Assembly (NCBI GenBank): GCA_951406725.2
Contig: OX597820.1
Coordinates: forward strand, 56,916,001-56,980,000
Direction of reading: 5' to 3'
Origin: Octopus vulgaris
Taxonomy: Eukaryota
Length of the DNA: 64,000 nucleotides
Positions 1-14,902 of the stretch are shown piece by piece (positions within the stretch are counted from its first letter, which is position 1; every line of letters starts with the position of its first letter). The notes below the pieces were generated by a model. It was given only the letters and a program-made list of their open reading frames with translations. It searched no databases and was not told the DNA's origin. The translations under genes and the position numbers were made by a program.

Positions 1-413
1 AGTAACAGTTATGGTAGTTCCTATATAGGCGATGAAAGAATATGATGTGTCATTTATAGAGAGATAAGAAACTGCTTTAGTCGATGAACCAGTGAACCTG
101 CCTCTACATGGACGTTCGATCTGCAAGAAATTGCGAGCTAAATGTCTTTTCCTAAATTTCTTACAATATTAAAAGAGCGGAAGCTTCAGCGTGATCGCTC
201 TACCTCCTAGAAATAACAAGCAGATATCCCTGATATCGCTAAAATCACGTCTTAGAAAAGACAAAACGAAATATCAGATTAACGAGATCTTAGTTGCAAC
301 CACTCGATTATTACGGTTGTAATGTCTTTGATCAGAAGTCCATTTGATTGGGTTTGATTTAGGGCTAAATAAAAAAAACAATAGAACCAAGCGCAACAAC
401 AACAGCAACAACA

Positions 414-780
414 GGAGGCGCAATGACCCAGTGGTTAGGGCAGCGGACTCGCGGTCGGAGGATCGCGGTTTCGATTCCCAGACCGGGCGTTGCGTGTATT
501 TATTGAGCGAAAACACATACATTTCTACGAGGTTCCGGCAGGGGGTGGTGACGACCCCTGTTGTACTCTTTCGCCCCAACTTTCTCTCACTCTTTCTTCC
601 TGTTTCTTGTCCCCGACTTCCTACGCAACCGCTGAGCCTGGATGCGCATTCATCCATCCGTCGATGCTCTCGGTGTCGGGGTGTTGACCTGCTTTCTCTT
701 CTGCGGGTCTTACGAATAGCAAAGGACCAGGTTTCGGACTTCTCCCATCTTGCGAGCTCTGGGTCGAAGACCGTTCGCTC
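414..780 (+). mobile_element. tRNA-derived SINE, family C (tRNA-Arg-like head), full length
   Basis: Head GGAGGCGCAATGACCCAGTGGTTAGGGCAGCGGACTCGCGGTC...GGTTTCGATTCCC with A/B boxes; flanked by (CAA)n; second copy at 4238-4523. Confidence 0.85.
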
Positions 781-1638
781 AACAGCAACAACAAGGAAAG
801 CAGTAACTGTAAGAAATGCTACACCAACATTGACGGCAACACGAACGTCTTCAATAACATCAGCAGCAAAAATTATCGCTAAGAATTGCAGCGAAGATAG
901 TCTGGTATGTGGTCTCTTTTAAAGAAACCTATACAAAGTCATACGTATAAAGCTGTTAAACAGAGGAAATTAATGAATTAGTGTATGTATGTACTACGTA
1001 TGTTTATATAGATACACATATATATACATGGATACATGCTTGTATGTATGTGTATGTATGTAGTATGTATTGGGAAAGAGACACACTCTCACATAGAGCT
1101 ATACATATACACACAGCTACGTTATTGTATTTTATTGTATTTTATTTTAATGTCACCTATGATATATTAGCAAAGAACATATGTAGAAAGTAAAAGACAG
1201 AGAAGAAAAAGAAATAGAGAGAGGGGGGGATGAAGGAAGAGAGAAAAAAGAGAGGGAGAGAAAGAAATAGAGAGTGAAAGAAAGAAAGAAAAGAGAATGA
1301 GTAAGAAAGAGTGAGAGAGATTTCGGCAATGTTCTTGGCCTCAGCTTGTCTCCTCGAATATACCATTTTCAAACGTAAAAAAAAAAAAAAAAAAGAAAAA
1401 TGACTTGACTACAAGTAGATTTAATATAAAACTAAATAAAATATGGAATAAAATGGAGATTTTATAGAAACAAGGAGAAATAGTTTTAAGAAATTTCAAA
1501 ATAAAAGAATAAGAAAGTTTTTAGAAAAATATGTATGAAATAAAATAAAGTAATATTTTTTTTTTAAATGACTGAATGGAAAATATTTAAAGAGCAAAAA
1601 CAACACTCAGGAGAAAATCTGTATATGTATAAATTTTA

Positions 1639-1707
<69 letters not shown>

Positions 1708-1881
1708 ATATATACATATATATATATTTATCTACATGCGCGCGCACACACCCACACGTTTGTGTTTGTCCAGAATGAAGGAGGGAAAGAGGGAGAAGGA
1801 AAAAGAAGTAGATGAGGACTCTTGATTGCGTCCGCCATGTTAAACAGAATGTTTTTCAATTATTTATGGGAAATTTAGCAC

Positions 1882-1920
<39 letters not shown>

Positions 1921-1934
1921 GAAAGAAACAGGAT

Positions 1935-1980
<46 letters not shown>

Positions 1981-2374
1981 TGATTTAATGAAATCTAATA
2001 TATTTGACTGTTTCTTATTTCATCGATCTTCAAAGATAAGATGATGAAAGGCAGATTTAATAACTGTGAGAAGCTCTCTTAACTCAAAAGACATCTGACT
2101 CCATAAGTTGTTTTTTTTCCTTGTGTGTGTGTGTGTGTGTTCTTTAGTCCGTGATCAACCTACATCAATACGACCTATTTGTGATGATCAGAGGTATTCT
2201 AACCATAACCACTTCGTACTTTTAAACTGTATTCTTTCTCTCACGAACTTCATTATCTAAATTATCTAATATGTCCTTCCTTGTAATGCATTATGTATCA
2301 AAAACAGTGGGATATGACCGTGGGCTATTTCTAGCGAGTGGTGCTGCCATGGCTGTTATACTATATAATGATTT

Positions 2375-3179
2375 AGGCACATAACCAACAGGGGAGGGGA
2401 AATTGTCGGTACATCGACTCCAGTACTTGACAGGTATTTTATTTTATCGATCTCCAAAAAGGATAAAAAGCGAAGCGTACCTCGGCCGGATTTGAACTCA
2501 GAATGTAAGAAGCCGGAACAAATACGCTAGACATTTTTTTGAAATGCTCTGATGATTCGGCCAGCTCGCAAATAAAAATGCTTTCTACTATAGACACGAA
2601 GCCTGAAATTTGAGGGGAGTTGTCTAGTCGATTACAATGGCCCCCAGTGTTTAACTGGTACTTATTTTATTGACTCCGAAAGGATGAAAGGAAAAGTCGA
2701 CAACGGGGGAATTCGAGTCCAGGGCACATAGTCGGAAAAATTGTTGCTTAGCATTTTGCCCAGCGCGGCAATGATTCTGCCAGCTCGCCACTACTACTAC
2801 TACTACTCTCTATATATAAACGGCAAAATGTCTGTCTGCGTCTGTGTGTGTGTATCCTTTATACAAATCCACAATTTTTCAGTTAGATGGCTCGCACTTT
2901 CTATGGTCATTCAAAACCGTCCAAGGGTGGTCGTGCACATCATTACATTTCCCCAGTCACTCCGCAAAGCTATTAAAAAATCAATAGAAGTGACTTTTTT
3001 GTGAATTTTCCATCCAAAACCCATTCAAAATGCCTGAAACTTGATACGCCAATTGAATGCCAGCTAGCTGTATGTGATTGGTCGGAGATTTGGACAGTAC
3101 TCGCGTGTATGTGCGCAAGCACACAGCTGAATATGCATGCACTAGCTCTATGAACCGGCGTTGCCGGGTCATAGTGCTA

Positions 3180-3227
<48 letters not shown>

Positions 3228-3676
3228 TTAATAATAATAATAATATTAATAATAATAATAATGGTTTCAAATTTTGCTACAAGGGCAGCCATTTTGGGGG
3301 AAGGGATAGTCGATTACATCGATCGCCAGTGTTTCACTGGTACTTCATTTATCGACCCTGAAAGGATGAAAGGCAAAGTCAACTTCCGCGGATTGGAAAT
3401 CAGAACGTAAAAACGGACGAAATGCCGCCAAGTATTTTGCCTGCCGTGCTAATGATTCTGCTATCCCGCCGCCTCCCATATTATATCAATAATAATCCTC
3501 TCTGAAATTTGGGGGGAGAGGACTAATCGATTACATCGACCCCAGTGCGTAACTGGTACTTATTTCATTGACTCCGAAAGGATGAAAGGCAAAGTCGACC
3601 TTACCAGAAGGTAAGGACGAACGAAACTAATAATTTTTCCCGGCGTATTAACGATTCTGCCAACTCACCGCCTCCC

Positions 3677-3720
<44 letters not shown>

Positions 3721-3740
3721 CCTTTTTACTATAGGCACAA
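2375..3740 (-). mobile_element. Cluster of about 4 degenerate family A SINEs, interrupted by a Helitron and (TAA)n
   Basis: Repeated reverse-complement core TCGACCCCGAAAGGATGAAAGGCAAAGTCGACC near 2450, 2670, 3350 and 3570. Confidence 0.75.
2807..3180 (+). mobile_element. Non-autonomous Helitron (family 2)
   Basis: 5' TCTCTATATATAAA; subterminal hairpin TATGAACCGGCGTTGCCGGGTCATA; ends CTAG followed by T; no TSD. Confidence 0.7.
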
Positions 3741-4237
3741 GGCCCGAAATTTTGAAAGGAGAGACTATTAATGATATAGTCCCTCTAAACAGACGTGATG
3801 GAATTGAACCCAGAACCATGTGGTTGGTAAGCAAGCTTCTTATCACATAACCACGCCAAGAATGCTCACGTACTTTTGTTAAGGCAAAAGTCATTGCACT
3901 TAATGAGACATTTGCCTATTTTAGCACCTAGAAATTAACAGATGCATTCATTATCTATTCTTACTGCGGTCATCAGCAAAACTTAGGGTCATGCCGGAAT
4001 AGACTGGGTCGCAGAGAAAATGCAACATACATGGGTATTGCTCGTCGAAGATCGTTACGTAGCTTGAGTGTGCTGTATGACCCTCGGCAAGAAAAAAGGA
4101 GTCAAGTGAAGAGTGACTAGCTCTGTGGATCGTAGTTGATAGATCGATTAATAGGTTCAAGCCTATCTCCGATCTAAGACTATAAAACAGCAACAACAAG
4201 AGCAACAAGAACACATATAACCAACAACAACAGAGGT

Positions 4238-4523
4238 GGAGGCGCAATGGCCCAGTGGTTAGAGCAGCGAACTCGCGGTTTCGATTCCCAGACCAGGCGT
4301 TGTGTGTTTATTGAGCGAAAACACCTAAAGCTTAACGAGGTTCCGGCAGGGGATGGTGGCGACCCCTGTTGTACTCTTTCGCTCCAACTTTCTCTCACTC
4401 TTTCTTCCTATTTCTTATCCCCAACTTCCTATGCAACCGCTGAGCCTGGATGCACATTCATCCATCCGTCGATGCTCCCGGTGTCGGGGGTTGACCTGCT
4501 TTCTCTTCTGCGGGTCTTGCGGA
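4238..4523 (+). mobile_element. Family C SINE, 3'-truncated copy
   Basis: High identity to 414-710 by eye, with a short deletion in the head. Confidence 0.85.
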
Positions 4524-4769
4524 CAAAAATCACAATCGCCCCTCATCATCAACACCTCCACCACAACCACTAACATCGACGCTGCCATCGCCGCCACGGC
4601 CGTCACCACTGCCGCCGCCGCAACCACCCTACCCTCACCCCACAACCTCCACTCCCACCTCCTTCTCCTCCGCCGCATTGACACAAGGCACTACAAAGCA
4701 CAACCGATCATCATCATCACCAATACTCTCATCACGTAAAAACGTGGACGACGACAAAGAAGAATGCTG

Positions 4770-5205
4770 ACGCCACCACCACCACCACCACCACCACCAC
4801 CACCACCACCGCAGCTGCCGTTGCCACCGTTGCCGTCGCCGACCACCATCAACAGCAACACCACCGTCACCACCACCACCACCACCACCACCGCTACCAC
4901 CACCACCACCACCACCACCACCGCTACCACCACCACCACCACCACCACCACCGCTGCTGCCGTTGCCACCGTTGCCGTCGCCGACCACCACCACCACCAC
5001 CACCGCTGCTTCCGTTGTCACCGTTGCCGTCGCCGACCACCATCAACCGCAACACCACCACCACCACCACCACCACCACCACCACCACCACCACCACCAC
5101 CACCACCACCACCACCACCGCTGCTGCCGTTGCGACCGACGCCGCCGCCACCACCACCACCACCACCACCGCCGCCGCCACCACCACCACCACCACCACC
5201 ACCAC
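4770..5205. repeat. (CCA)n compound repeat with duplicated GC-rich spacer units
   Basis: CCA runs separated by recurring CCGCTGC..CCGTTGCCACCGTTGCCGTCGCCGACC units. Confidence 0.9.
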
Positions 5206-5507
5206 CTCTATCGCGACCGAGCAGTCATATTTAATAATCATTTATCATCGTTTATCATTTAGTTCCCCAATAATAAGTGAATGTTAATTATGTGAAAATC
5301 ATAGAATTTACTTCATAAATACCATGTTGAATATTTCAAAGAGTCGCTTCCTCTCTGTCTTCTACGATCACTGCTACCACTGCTGTTCTTACTTCACCTT
5401 TGATTCTTAGTGTTCTTGTACTTTGCTGCTGCTGCTGTTGCTGCTGGTGGTGTCGTTGTTACTTCCTTTGTAGTTGCTGCTGATGCTGTTGTTATCGTTG
5501 CAGCTGT

Positions 5508-6290
5508 ACTTCTCCTTCTTCTTCTTCTTCTTCTTCTTCTTCTTCTTCTTCTTCTTCTTCTTCTTCTTCTTCTTCTTCTTCTTCTTCTTCTTCTTCTTCT
5601 TCTTCTTTTTCTTCTTCTTTCTCCTGTTTCTTCTTCTTCTTTTTCTTCTTCTTTCTCCTGTTTCTTCTTATTCTTTTTCTTCTTCTCCATCTTCTTCTTC
5701 TCCTTCTCCATCTCCTTCTTCTCCACCTCCATCTCCATCTTCTTCTCCATTTCCATCTTCTTCTCCATCTCCATCTCCCCCTTTTCCATCTTCTTCACCT
5801 TCTCCTTCTTCTTCTCCACCTTCTTTTTCTCCATCTTCTTCTTCTTCTTCTTCTTCTTCTTCTTCTTCTTCTTCTTCTTCTCTTCCTCCTTCTCCTCCTT
5901 CTCCTCCTTCTCCTCCTCCTCCTCCTCCTCCTCCTCATCCTCCTCCTTCTTCTTCTTCTCTTTCCCCTTCTTCTTCTTCTCCTCCTCCTCCTTCTTCTTC
6001 TTCCCCTTCTTCTTCTCCTCCTCCTCCTCCTCTCCTTCTTCTTCTTCTTCTTCTTCTTCTTCTCTTCTTCCTTTCCTTCTTCTTCTTCTCCTCCTCCTCC
6101 TCCTCCTTCTTCTTCTTCCCCTTCTTCTTCTTCTCCTCCTCCTTCTCCTTCTTCTTCTTCTTCTTCTTCTTCTTCTTCTTCTACTACTTCCTCCTCTTCC
6201 TCCTCCTCCTCTTCTTCTTCTTCTTCTTCTTCCTCCTCCTCTTCTTCTTCTTCTTCTTCTTCTTCTTCTTCCTCTTATTCTTCTTCTTTT
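5508..6290. repeat. About 780-bp polypyrimidine tract, (CTT)n/(CCT)n
   Basis: Almost entirely C/T on the + strand. Confidence 0.95.
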
Positions 6291-6877
6291 GATGATGATA
6301 TTGACGACGTTGTTGCTGCTGGCGAAAATACTTTTGTTGATATTTTGATTGCCGTTGATCTTGGTGTTGACTTTGTTGTTGACATTGCTGCTGCTGCTGG
6401 TGTTGTTGCTGCTGCTGTTATTGTTGTTGTAGCTTCGGTTGTCATTGAAGATAACACTATTGAAATTGATAATGTTGTTTATTCCTAAGTCGGCTCTGTA
6501 GGAACTGACCTATGACAAAAGCATCCTAATCGAGCTCCCCGCCCCCAACCAAACTTCTTCCCGCACCCCCTGTCATAGCATTCAAAACAAATAGCCGAAT
6601 CTTTAAGGAGTCGATATTGCTCTAGTTTTTTATACTTCAAGTTCAAATCCCGCAAGGGTCTACCTTGACCTTCATCATTCCGGGCCCATAAGTTAGAATT
6701 TCAGACCAAAGCATCGGTCAGGAAGAATAATCAGTGCACCGGATAAAACACTTCGTGATATTTGTTCCGGCTATTTACGTTCTGAGTTCAAACACAACGC
6801 AGGTCAACATTGCTTCTTTTCCTTCTGTGGTTGATATAGTACCAGTCCAGTGTATAAGCTTGGGCGAAATGTTAGAG

Positions 6878-7208
6878 CAGTGTTTTCCAGCCTATTTCTC
6901 CCACCTCCACCCCCAGGCCCCACTTTACAGAAAAATGTATGCCCCACTGATAGTTGAAAAAAAACCCAACTTTATTTTTAATATTTCATAATTATATACT
7001 TTCCTTAAAGAAATACCCGCACAAGGGCATTAGAATAGGGCTATGCTGTAGCAGTCTTCACATAATATGCTTGGCTGGAGGGATTGGTTTAGCTAAGCTG
7101 AGCATAGATGTAGTGAATAAAGATTTTCCCAATTACATGACCAACTAAAAAATTTGGGTCCCACGCCCCATCATAATTTTCTCACAGGCCCAACCTTAGG
7201 AATCACTG
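6878..7208. mobile_element. Possible old hAT-type MITE
   Basis: Ends CAGTGTTTTCC ... GGAATCACTG; 8-bp flanks TGTTAGAG/TAATAAAG match only 5 of 8. Confidence 0.35.
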
Positions 7209-7829
7209 TAATAAAGCATTAGAGAAAACGCTTTTCTACATTTCTTTCGGTTGTTTACCTCCTCAGTACCCTAGAAGATGTGACGAAATGGTTTGTATCT
7301 TGCTATGATGATGTCTGATGAAATAAAGAGAAGAGTACCCATAAACCTGAAAGACGATATCAAAACATCATTCATGTCTTTGGATTCTCCGATGAAAATT
7401 CTTTGACTGTCAAAGAGCGTTTATCAGTAAGTTCACTTGCGGGTCACTCACGATCTGATGTCTCAGAAAGGTAAGCTTAACTGGGATTCCATTATCAAAC
7501 GTGCCTTCCTTTCATTTTTGAAGGAGGTGTGATTCAGCAGCTGATTCTTGTATCCATCCACATCAATATTTCCTTGTTGACTAGTTGATAAATTTAGAGT
7601 GTGTGTATTCTTTTATTCTTTTACTTGTTTCAGTCATTTGACTGCGGCCATCCTGGAGCACCGCCTTTTGTCAAACAAATCGACCCAGAACTTATTCTTT
7701 GTAAGTCCAGTACTTATTCTATCGGTTTCTTTTGCCGATCCGCTAAGTTACGGGTACATAAACACACCAACATCAGTTGTCAAGCGATGTTGGGGAACAA
7801 ACACAGATACACAAACATATGCAGCCACT

Positions 7830-7990
7830 ATACATTCTTTATTTTCTCTACTTGTTTCTTTCTGTGTTCCTTTCTGTGGAAGAGCGTATGCTCGAAACGT
7901 TGAAGATTTTTTCACTTCCCGAGAGTTAAACTAATACATCTGTTTGTTGTCTACACCACCTGTCTTCGTATTTTCTTTTTTTTTTTGTGA
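7830..7990 (+). mobile_element. Penelope-like pLTR fragment with degenerate hammerhead core
   Basis: CTGTGGA-A-GAGC-GTAT-GCTC-GAAACGTT at 7874-7901, same layout as 43745-43771. Confidence 0.5.
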
Positions 7991-7992
7991 AT

Positions 7993-8079
<87 letters not shown>

Positions 8080-8419
8080 TAAGCAATTAAGGGTTTAGCA
8101 ACGAATTGCCTCACCACACACCGAATTTAGAAATAGCAGTCAAAGAGTTATAGCTATTCTTTCTACTAAAAGGGAGATTTCAGTATATAATAAGAGTATT
8201 ATTATTATTAATAATAATAATAATAATATTAATAGTATTAACAATAATGATAATGATGATAATAATAATGATAGCAATAAAAACATGGTTTTAGTCTCTG
8301 AGGACAGCCCCAACAGAATTAAATTTATGTCTAATAATTCTAAAATCAAGAATTCTATATAAAAAATAGCTATTAGTATAAAATGTGTCAAGGACTTGAA
8401 CCCGAATATGCGGCTTTGC

Positions 8420-8800
8420 ATGTATGTGAGAATTTATACAATTGAAATAAGATAAAATAAAATAAAATAAGTGCAGAAATGAAATGGTCCAGATGGCGCT
8501 GTATGCATACAATTTACTATGGCTGATGGATCGAAGTATATGCGTATAAAGTAGCTTTCAGGATCGAAGAAAAATTTCTGGGAGTACGAAATGTCTATGT
8601 TCTGATAGATTGTGTATTTTTTCATGTTTACTATGTGTTGTATGTATAGGACATCCGGATGAGGGGAGTGCCAATTTTAAGTATATGATATGTCTAGAAT
8701 TAATTGGCACATCTCCGAAATGGCCTGTAGATGGATTCTGTGTATCTTTGTAAACTTATATTCTTGTAAACTTGTATAATTATTATCTCCTATGTACATT
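8420..8800 (+). mobile_element. Penelope-like pLTR relic with long-stem-II hammerhead-like motif
   Basis: CATC-CGGATGA-GGGGAGTGCCAATT...AATTGGCACATCTCC-GAAA...GATG at 8652-8733. Confidence 0.45.
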
Positions 8801-9565
8801 TCGCTAGAATTTTAATTCGTCTTTTAATATGCCATTGTATGCTATATTTTTATTTATTATTATTATATTTATTTCTCTTGTTGTAACAAATTTATACTAA
8901 ATGTTTTAAGCGTAAATTCAAGGTGTTATATGCAAAATTTATATTTTTATATGATATATATACTAAATTACTAAATTTTTAAATTTTTAAATGTCGGACT
9001 TTATAGATATAAATGAGTATATGAAGATTTGTATGTGTTTGGTCTTTCTGTGGATTTTGTAATGTTCCTGTTGTTGTTGCTCGCATTGCCTCCCCTCGGA
9101 TAAAAAAAAGTATATTTATATATATATGCATATATACATACATATATGTGCTTACATACATATATATGCATATATATATATATATGCATATATGGGTACA
9201 CGATGTCACAAAACGTAAACATGAAATACGAAGACAAACTTGGGTATGCGAACAGCGAGAGAAACAAGTGGAAAACATGACAAGTAACTTAAAGAACGAC
9301 CCTTCATTAGTTGTCATGCGTACACAAATGTACGCATGATTTTATACACAAAAGCGAAATACAAATGCACACATAACTAATGCTAAAGCGTAAAAGACGT
9401 TGATATAGAGTGAGCGATAAAAGAAGTTAAGTGCATATATGTACGTATGCGCATGTGCATAAACACACACACACAATTCCGTGTGTGTGTGTGTATGTTG
9501 AAGTATTGAAACAGTTTTAGTGAAGTTTGTCTATGAAGCATACGTGCATACACATTTACTATACT

Positions 9566-9621
<56 letters not shown>

Positions 9622-10185
9622 CGTGTGTGTGCGCGTGTAAGTAAGTAAATAAATAAATATATATATATATATTTATGTACGTCTGTTTCTGTGTGTGTGT
9701 ATGTACTTATTCGTAGTTGGGGACGAGCACAAAGCATTACAGCGCACCAAGGAAATGCCTCTTGGTGAAAAAGTCAATTAGTAGAAGGAATAAAAACAAC
9801 ATCAACTTAAACAAAACAAAAACAAAACAAAAAAACAACAACACCATCAAACAGGACATAAAGAAATAGCATCCGAGTAATAAATAATAACAACATGAAC
9901 AACAACAAAATAATTATTATTATTTGCACCAACAATAAATACAACAACACGAAGGTCACAAGGATCCTCAGCAACAACAACTGTCTCTTAAATATAAATT
10001 AAAGGTAGCTGAAGACTAACAGTAATGATGTAGTCCTATCTGAAATGTAGATGATACATGAAGAAGCACCTGCGTTGCTAATTGCGTTTCTATAAGTGTC
10101 ATTACGTTGAGCCAGACGTATGTTTTATGCGATATGGGGTTTTTCATTTTGATTTTTTTTTTTGTTTAATCAAGTTGAATTAGAC

Positions 10186-10226
10186 GTATATGTATATATG
10201 TGTATGTGTATATGTATATATGTATA

Positions 10227-10261
<35 letters not shown>

Positions 10262-10830
10262 GTGTGTATATGTATATATATACATATGTATGTATGTATG
10301 TATGTATATATGTATATATATATGTGTATATATGTATATGTGTATATATGTATATGTGAATATATGTATGTGTATATATATGTATATGTGTATATATGTA
10401 TGTATATGTGTATATATGTATATGTGTATATATGTATATGTGTATATATGTATGTATATGTGTATATATGTATATGTGTATATATGTATGTATATGTGTA
10501 TATATGTATATATATATATATATGTATATATGTGTATATATGTATATATGTATGTATATATATGTATATGTATATATATGTATATATATGTGTATATATA
10601 TGTATATATATGTATGTATATGTATGTATATGTATATATATGTATGTATATGTATGTATATGTATGTATATGTATATATATATGTATGTATATGCATGTA
10701 TATATGTATGTATATGTATATATGTATATATATGTATATATATATATGTATATATATATATGTATATATGTATATACATATATATATGTATATGTATATA
10801 TATGTATATATGTATATATATATATATGTA
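10186..10830. repeat. Long degenerate (TATG/TA) microsatellite
   Basis: Direct inspection; source of the YI/CV ORFs. Confidence 0.95.
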
Positions 10831-11821
10831 CACAGTGCATCTATTTAGACAACGTCAATTTGATGAAGAGAGGCATAAACCATTGATCGGTATAATCATA
10901 TATATATATATATATATATATGATGGACTACTCTCTCATCGTATATTTGTGCAGATCGTCCGGCAAAATCTGAACGCTCATACGGCGTCTGCGACTGGAG
11001 AGTCCATCATATATTTATATATTTGATAGCGATTATTGTTTAGTCACAAGTTAATCCTCAGGTTCATGAGCTATCATCAAAGAAGTGGCCATTACGTCTT
11101 AATTTCGGACTGTGTCGAACATTATATTTTCTGATGCTTTTTCATATTTTTAAGGCAGTAAAGTTGTAGTTTGAAGGAGATTTTGCTGCTATTTATAGCA
11201 TTGACACTTTTTACGTTGGTTTATCGCGAATTTTAATTGTTGCTGTTATTGTTGTTTAAAAAATTGAAATTTAGATAGGATGGTCGGGACTGGAAAGCCT
11301 TTGATCATATTCTCCCCAATCAGGTCTGACTTTGGGCCAAACAACAAGAAGAAAAACAACAACAACAACAAGTGTCGAGAATATTTCTCTTCTTTCATTG
11401 ATCTTGTTTCTGGTAGGATGAAAGCCAAACGTTTCTTTGATGTAAAATATGATCAAAGCTGAAGGTTCTCTAACGATTTAGACATCATTTCGATGTCACA
11501 TGCTGTTTGTCTGTCTGTTTTTCTGACTACTTGTCTATCTGTCTATCCATCTGTCTCTCAGGTTAAGTAGATTGAACAGGCCACGGAGTGTTAGAAGTAC
11601 CTAAAATTTAAAAATTACTCTAAAAATTATTAGACAAGTTGGGCGATTGTGATAACTTAGTTTTGACAGAAGTGTTGCTATTTAAAGTAGACACAAACAA
11701 AACACACACATATATACATGCACACGCACATACACACATATATATTCGGCGAATGTTATATGCTGTTATTCGTAATTTTTCTTAAAGCGACAAAAATTCA
11801 ATGAGTTGGAATAATAAAGAT

Positions 11822-12271
11822 GAATCTTTTCGGTTTGAACGGCAGTTTTTTAAAATAATTTCCACGTAACTAAACACTTTTAAACTTCGTATACTGGTAG
11901 AATGTGTTTATAAAACATATTTTTCTTTTGGCTTTATTGAGAAAATTCTATAGTTTGTAAGATATTTGTTTGTTTTTTTTCTTCAATTTCTGCAATTTCA
12001 ACCAATCAATGACCGTCTATTGAGGTGAAAACATTCTGTGCCATATGAAAATGTGCCTCGTTTAAGGAACAGATTAGGTTTATTTACATTTCTGAAGAAA
12101 AAAAAGACACCCTTCCCTACCCCTAACCCTAACTAATCCTAACTAACCCTAACTCTAACCCTAACCCTAAAATAGATTGAAATGCGATAAATCGATACTA
12201 GGGTCATAATTATGGGTGACAATTTCGTATGACACCGCTAGAAAAAACTGCCGTTCAAACCGAAAAGATCC
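11822..12271. mobile_element. MITE with about 30-bp TIRs and 8-bp TSD (Merlin-like)
   Basis: TIR G(A/G)ATCTTTTCGGTTTGAACGGCAGTTTTTT at both ends; TSD ATAAAGAT/ATAAAGAC; second copy at 61173-61562 in opposite orientation. Confidence 0.85.
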
Positions 12272-13086
12272 ATAAAGACTCCACTGGCCAAGCAAGGTCT
12301 CATTTTCGTAACATGTGAGATTTGGCGTGGTTCAGGAGAAAAAAAAATCCAAATCATTTTGTTGTAGAACTACAATGCACAGTGGAAGTAAAAAGTAAGA
12401 TAAAAACAAAAGGAAGTAAACTAAAGATTGAAACGAATGATTAACTGAATTAAAAAAATAGATACACGAAATAAATAAATGTAAAAATGTAGAAAGAAAA
12501 TATAACACATAAAATGGGTGTTTAAATGAATAATTAAATTGATGAATAAATATACAGAGATGTTCTTGAATAATTAAGTAAATAGATAAACGAATAGAGA
12601 CAATTGCATAATTAAATCAAGGATGGATAATTAAGAAGAGAGATGGTTGTATAATTAAATATACAATTTAATAAACAAATAAATGAAAATATATCAAGAA
12701 TACAGTGGAGGTAAGCAATGAGTAATTAAGAAGTAAAAGTCAGGGGTGGGAGGTGGTTATATGATACAGGATTAAGATTAAGGATATCTAATCAAATGTC
12801 AGTAATTTAATGTTGCCGACCCCACAATCAATAATCTACATATGGAATAAGCGTAAACGCTAACATCAAACATGAGGTTATGGTATATGTATATTTACAG
12901 CATTTTGTTACGATCTTTCACAGCAAGCTTAAAAGCTTAGCTATTAAGAGCAAGGATGCTTGATTATTCGAATTGATCCTAAATGTTGGTTGAGTATACT
13001 GTATCTAGCTTGTACAATTTAAAATATAGATATCAGATGAAATATCAAGTACGTGGATCTAAGGGTAGGTTTCATTGCTTATAAAG

Positions 13087-13597
<511 letters not shown>

Positions 13598-13671
13598 ATA
13601 TATATATATATATACACACACACACATAAATACACACACATATATATACATATACACACACACATACATAT

Positions 13672-13745
<74 letters not shown>

Positions 13746-13767
13746 TCATCTATATATATATATATAT

Positions 13768-14005
13768 ATCATCATCATCATCTTTTAACGTTCGTGTTCC
13801 ATGCTAGCATGGGTTGGACTGTTCGACTGGGGTCTGGGAAGCCAGGAGGCTGCACCAGGTTCCAGTCTGATCTGGCAGTGCTTCTACAGCTGGATGCCCT
13901 TCCTAACTCCAACAACTCCGTGAGTGTAGTGGGTGCTTTTTACCTGCCACCGACACGGAAGCCAGTCAAGGTGGTGCTGGCATCGGCCACGTTCGGATGG
14001 TGTCC
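13768..14005 (-). mobile_element. SINE or RTE-derived fragment (Ceph-domain-like)
   Basis: Minus-strand TAGGAAGGGCATCCAGCTGTAGAA motif and (GAT)n tail. Confidence 0.55.
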
Positions 14006-14902
14006 TCGTACACACACACACATACATACTGAAATATCAATGACAGCCTTACTGAGTTGGGATTTGATCGCATGTATATAGGGATCTGGCTGAGAGCCAT
14101 GCTAGTCATTTATTTATTTACTTATGGAATCAAGTATTTTCTCAGTTATCTACTGAAGAAATTATTCAATTACATTCCAACTTAATTATTATTTAACCAT
14201 CCATCTTTCATACTTTTTTTTTACTTTCTAATTTATTTTTTGTATTATTATCGTTCTGTTTATTTGATTTCTAATTATTAGCTTAATTATTTAATTACTG
14301 TTCATTTAATCACGCTTTTCAAAAAATTTTCTTAAAGATCTTTCATTGATTTCTCATCGAAATCGACTCTCTCCTTACAAATAATTCCCACAGATAATCT
14401 AATTTTTATATTTATTCATATATTTATTTCTTTATTTTAATGTTTGCTTTCAATTATCCCCTTTATTATTTTCTCAGAGTCACCCCCTCCCTACTCCATC
14501 AACAAAAGATTTTTTTTTCTAGCGGAATCTGTATCAAGCGTTACTAAAATATGGCCTTGATTAGCTAATGAGATGTGAATATTCTTCCGCCATTTTGCAT
14601 ATGCAATATCGTTTACCCGTCATACTGAATTCTCGCTGCCAGAAAAAAGCCCATATATGCGGAAACTCACTAGGAAGGCACATGACATTTGACAAGCGAT
14701 ATTACATATGTGTCGGGTACATTTTCTCCAGCTCGCTTTACAAAGTAATGAGAGGTTGATGCTAATTAAGATTAAAAGACCTGCTGATGTCAAACGTAGT
14801 CACTGCTTTTTAACGAAGTTTTCTATATCCAGAATCCACATTGTACACGACTGAAGAAAGCAAATGTTTTGCAAATATGGTTTCTTAGAAATAATTCTGT
14901 TA

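Noticed and set aside
414-490. tRNA-Arg-like gene
   Set aside because: The acceptor stem is not closed, and the sequence continues into a repeated body with a second copy; it is a SINE head.
4635-6348. Long poly-Pro, Thr, His, Leu and Ser ORFs up to 312 aa
   Set aside because: Open in several frames on both strands because the trinucleotide repeats lack stops; no domain or splice evidence.
7300-7476. Possible plus-strand exon ending AAG|GTAAGC, or a C/D snoRNA (ATGATGA...CTGA)
   Set aside because: No good acceptor in frame and no terminal stem.
10162-11026. YI/CV/HT-rich ORFs, also at 13, 17, 25, 29, 33 and 57 kb
   Set aside because: Translations of (TA)n, (TG)n and (TATG)n microsatellites.
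12120-12170. Interstitial telomeric repeat or fusion site
   Set aside because: Short, degenerate and inside a MITE bounded by TIRs and a TSD.
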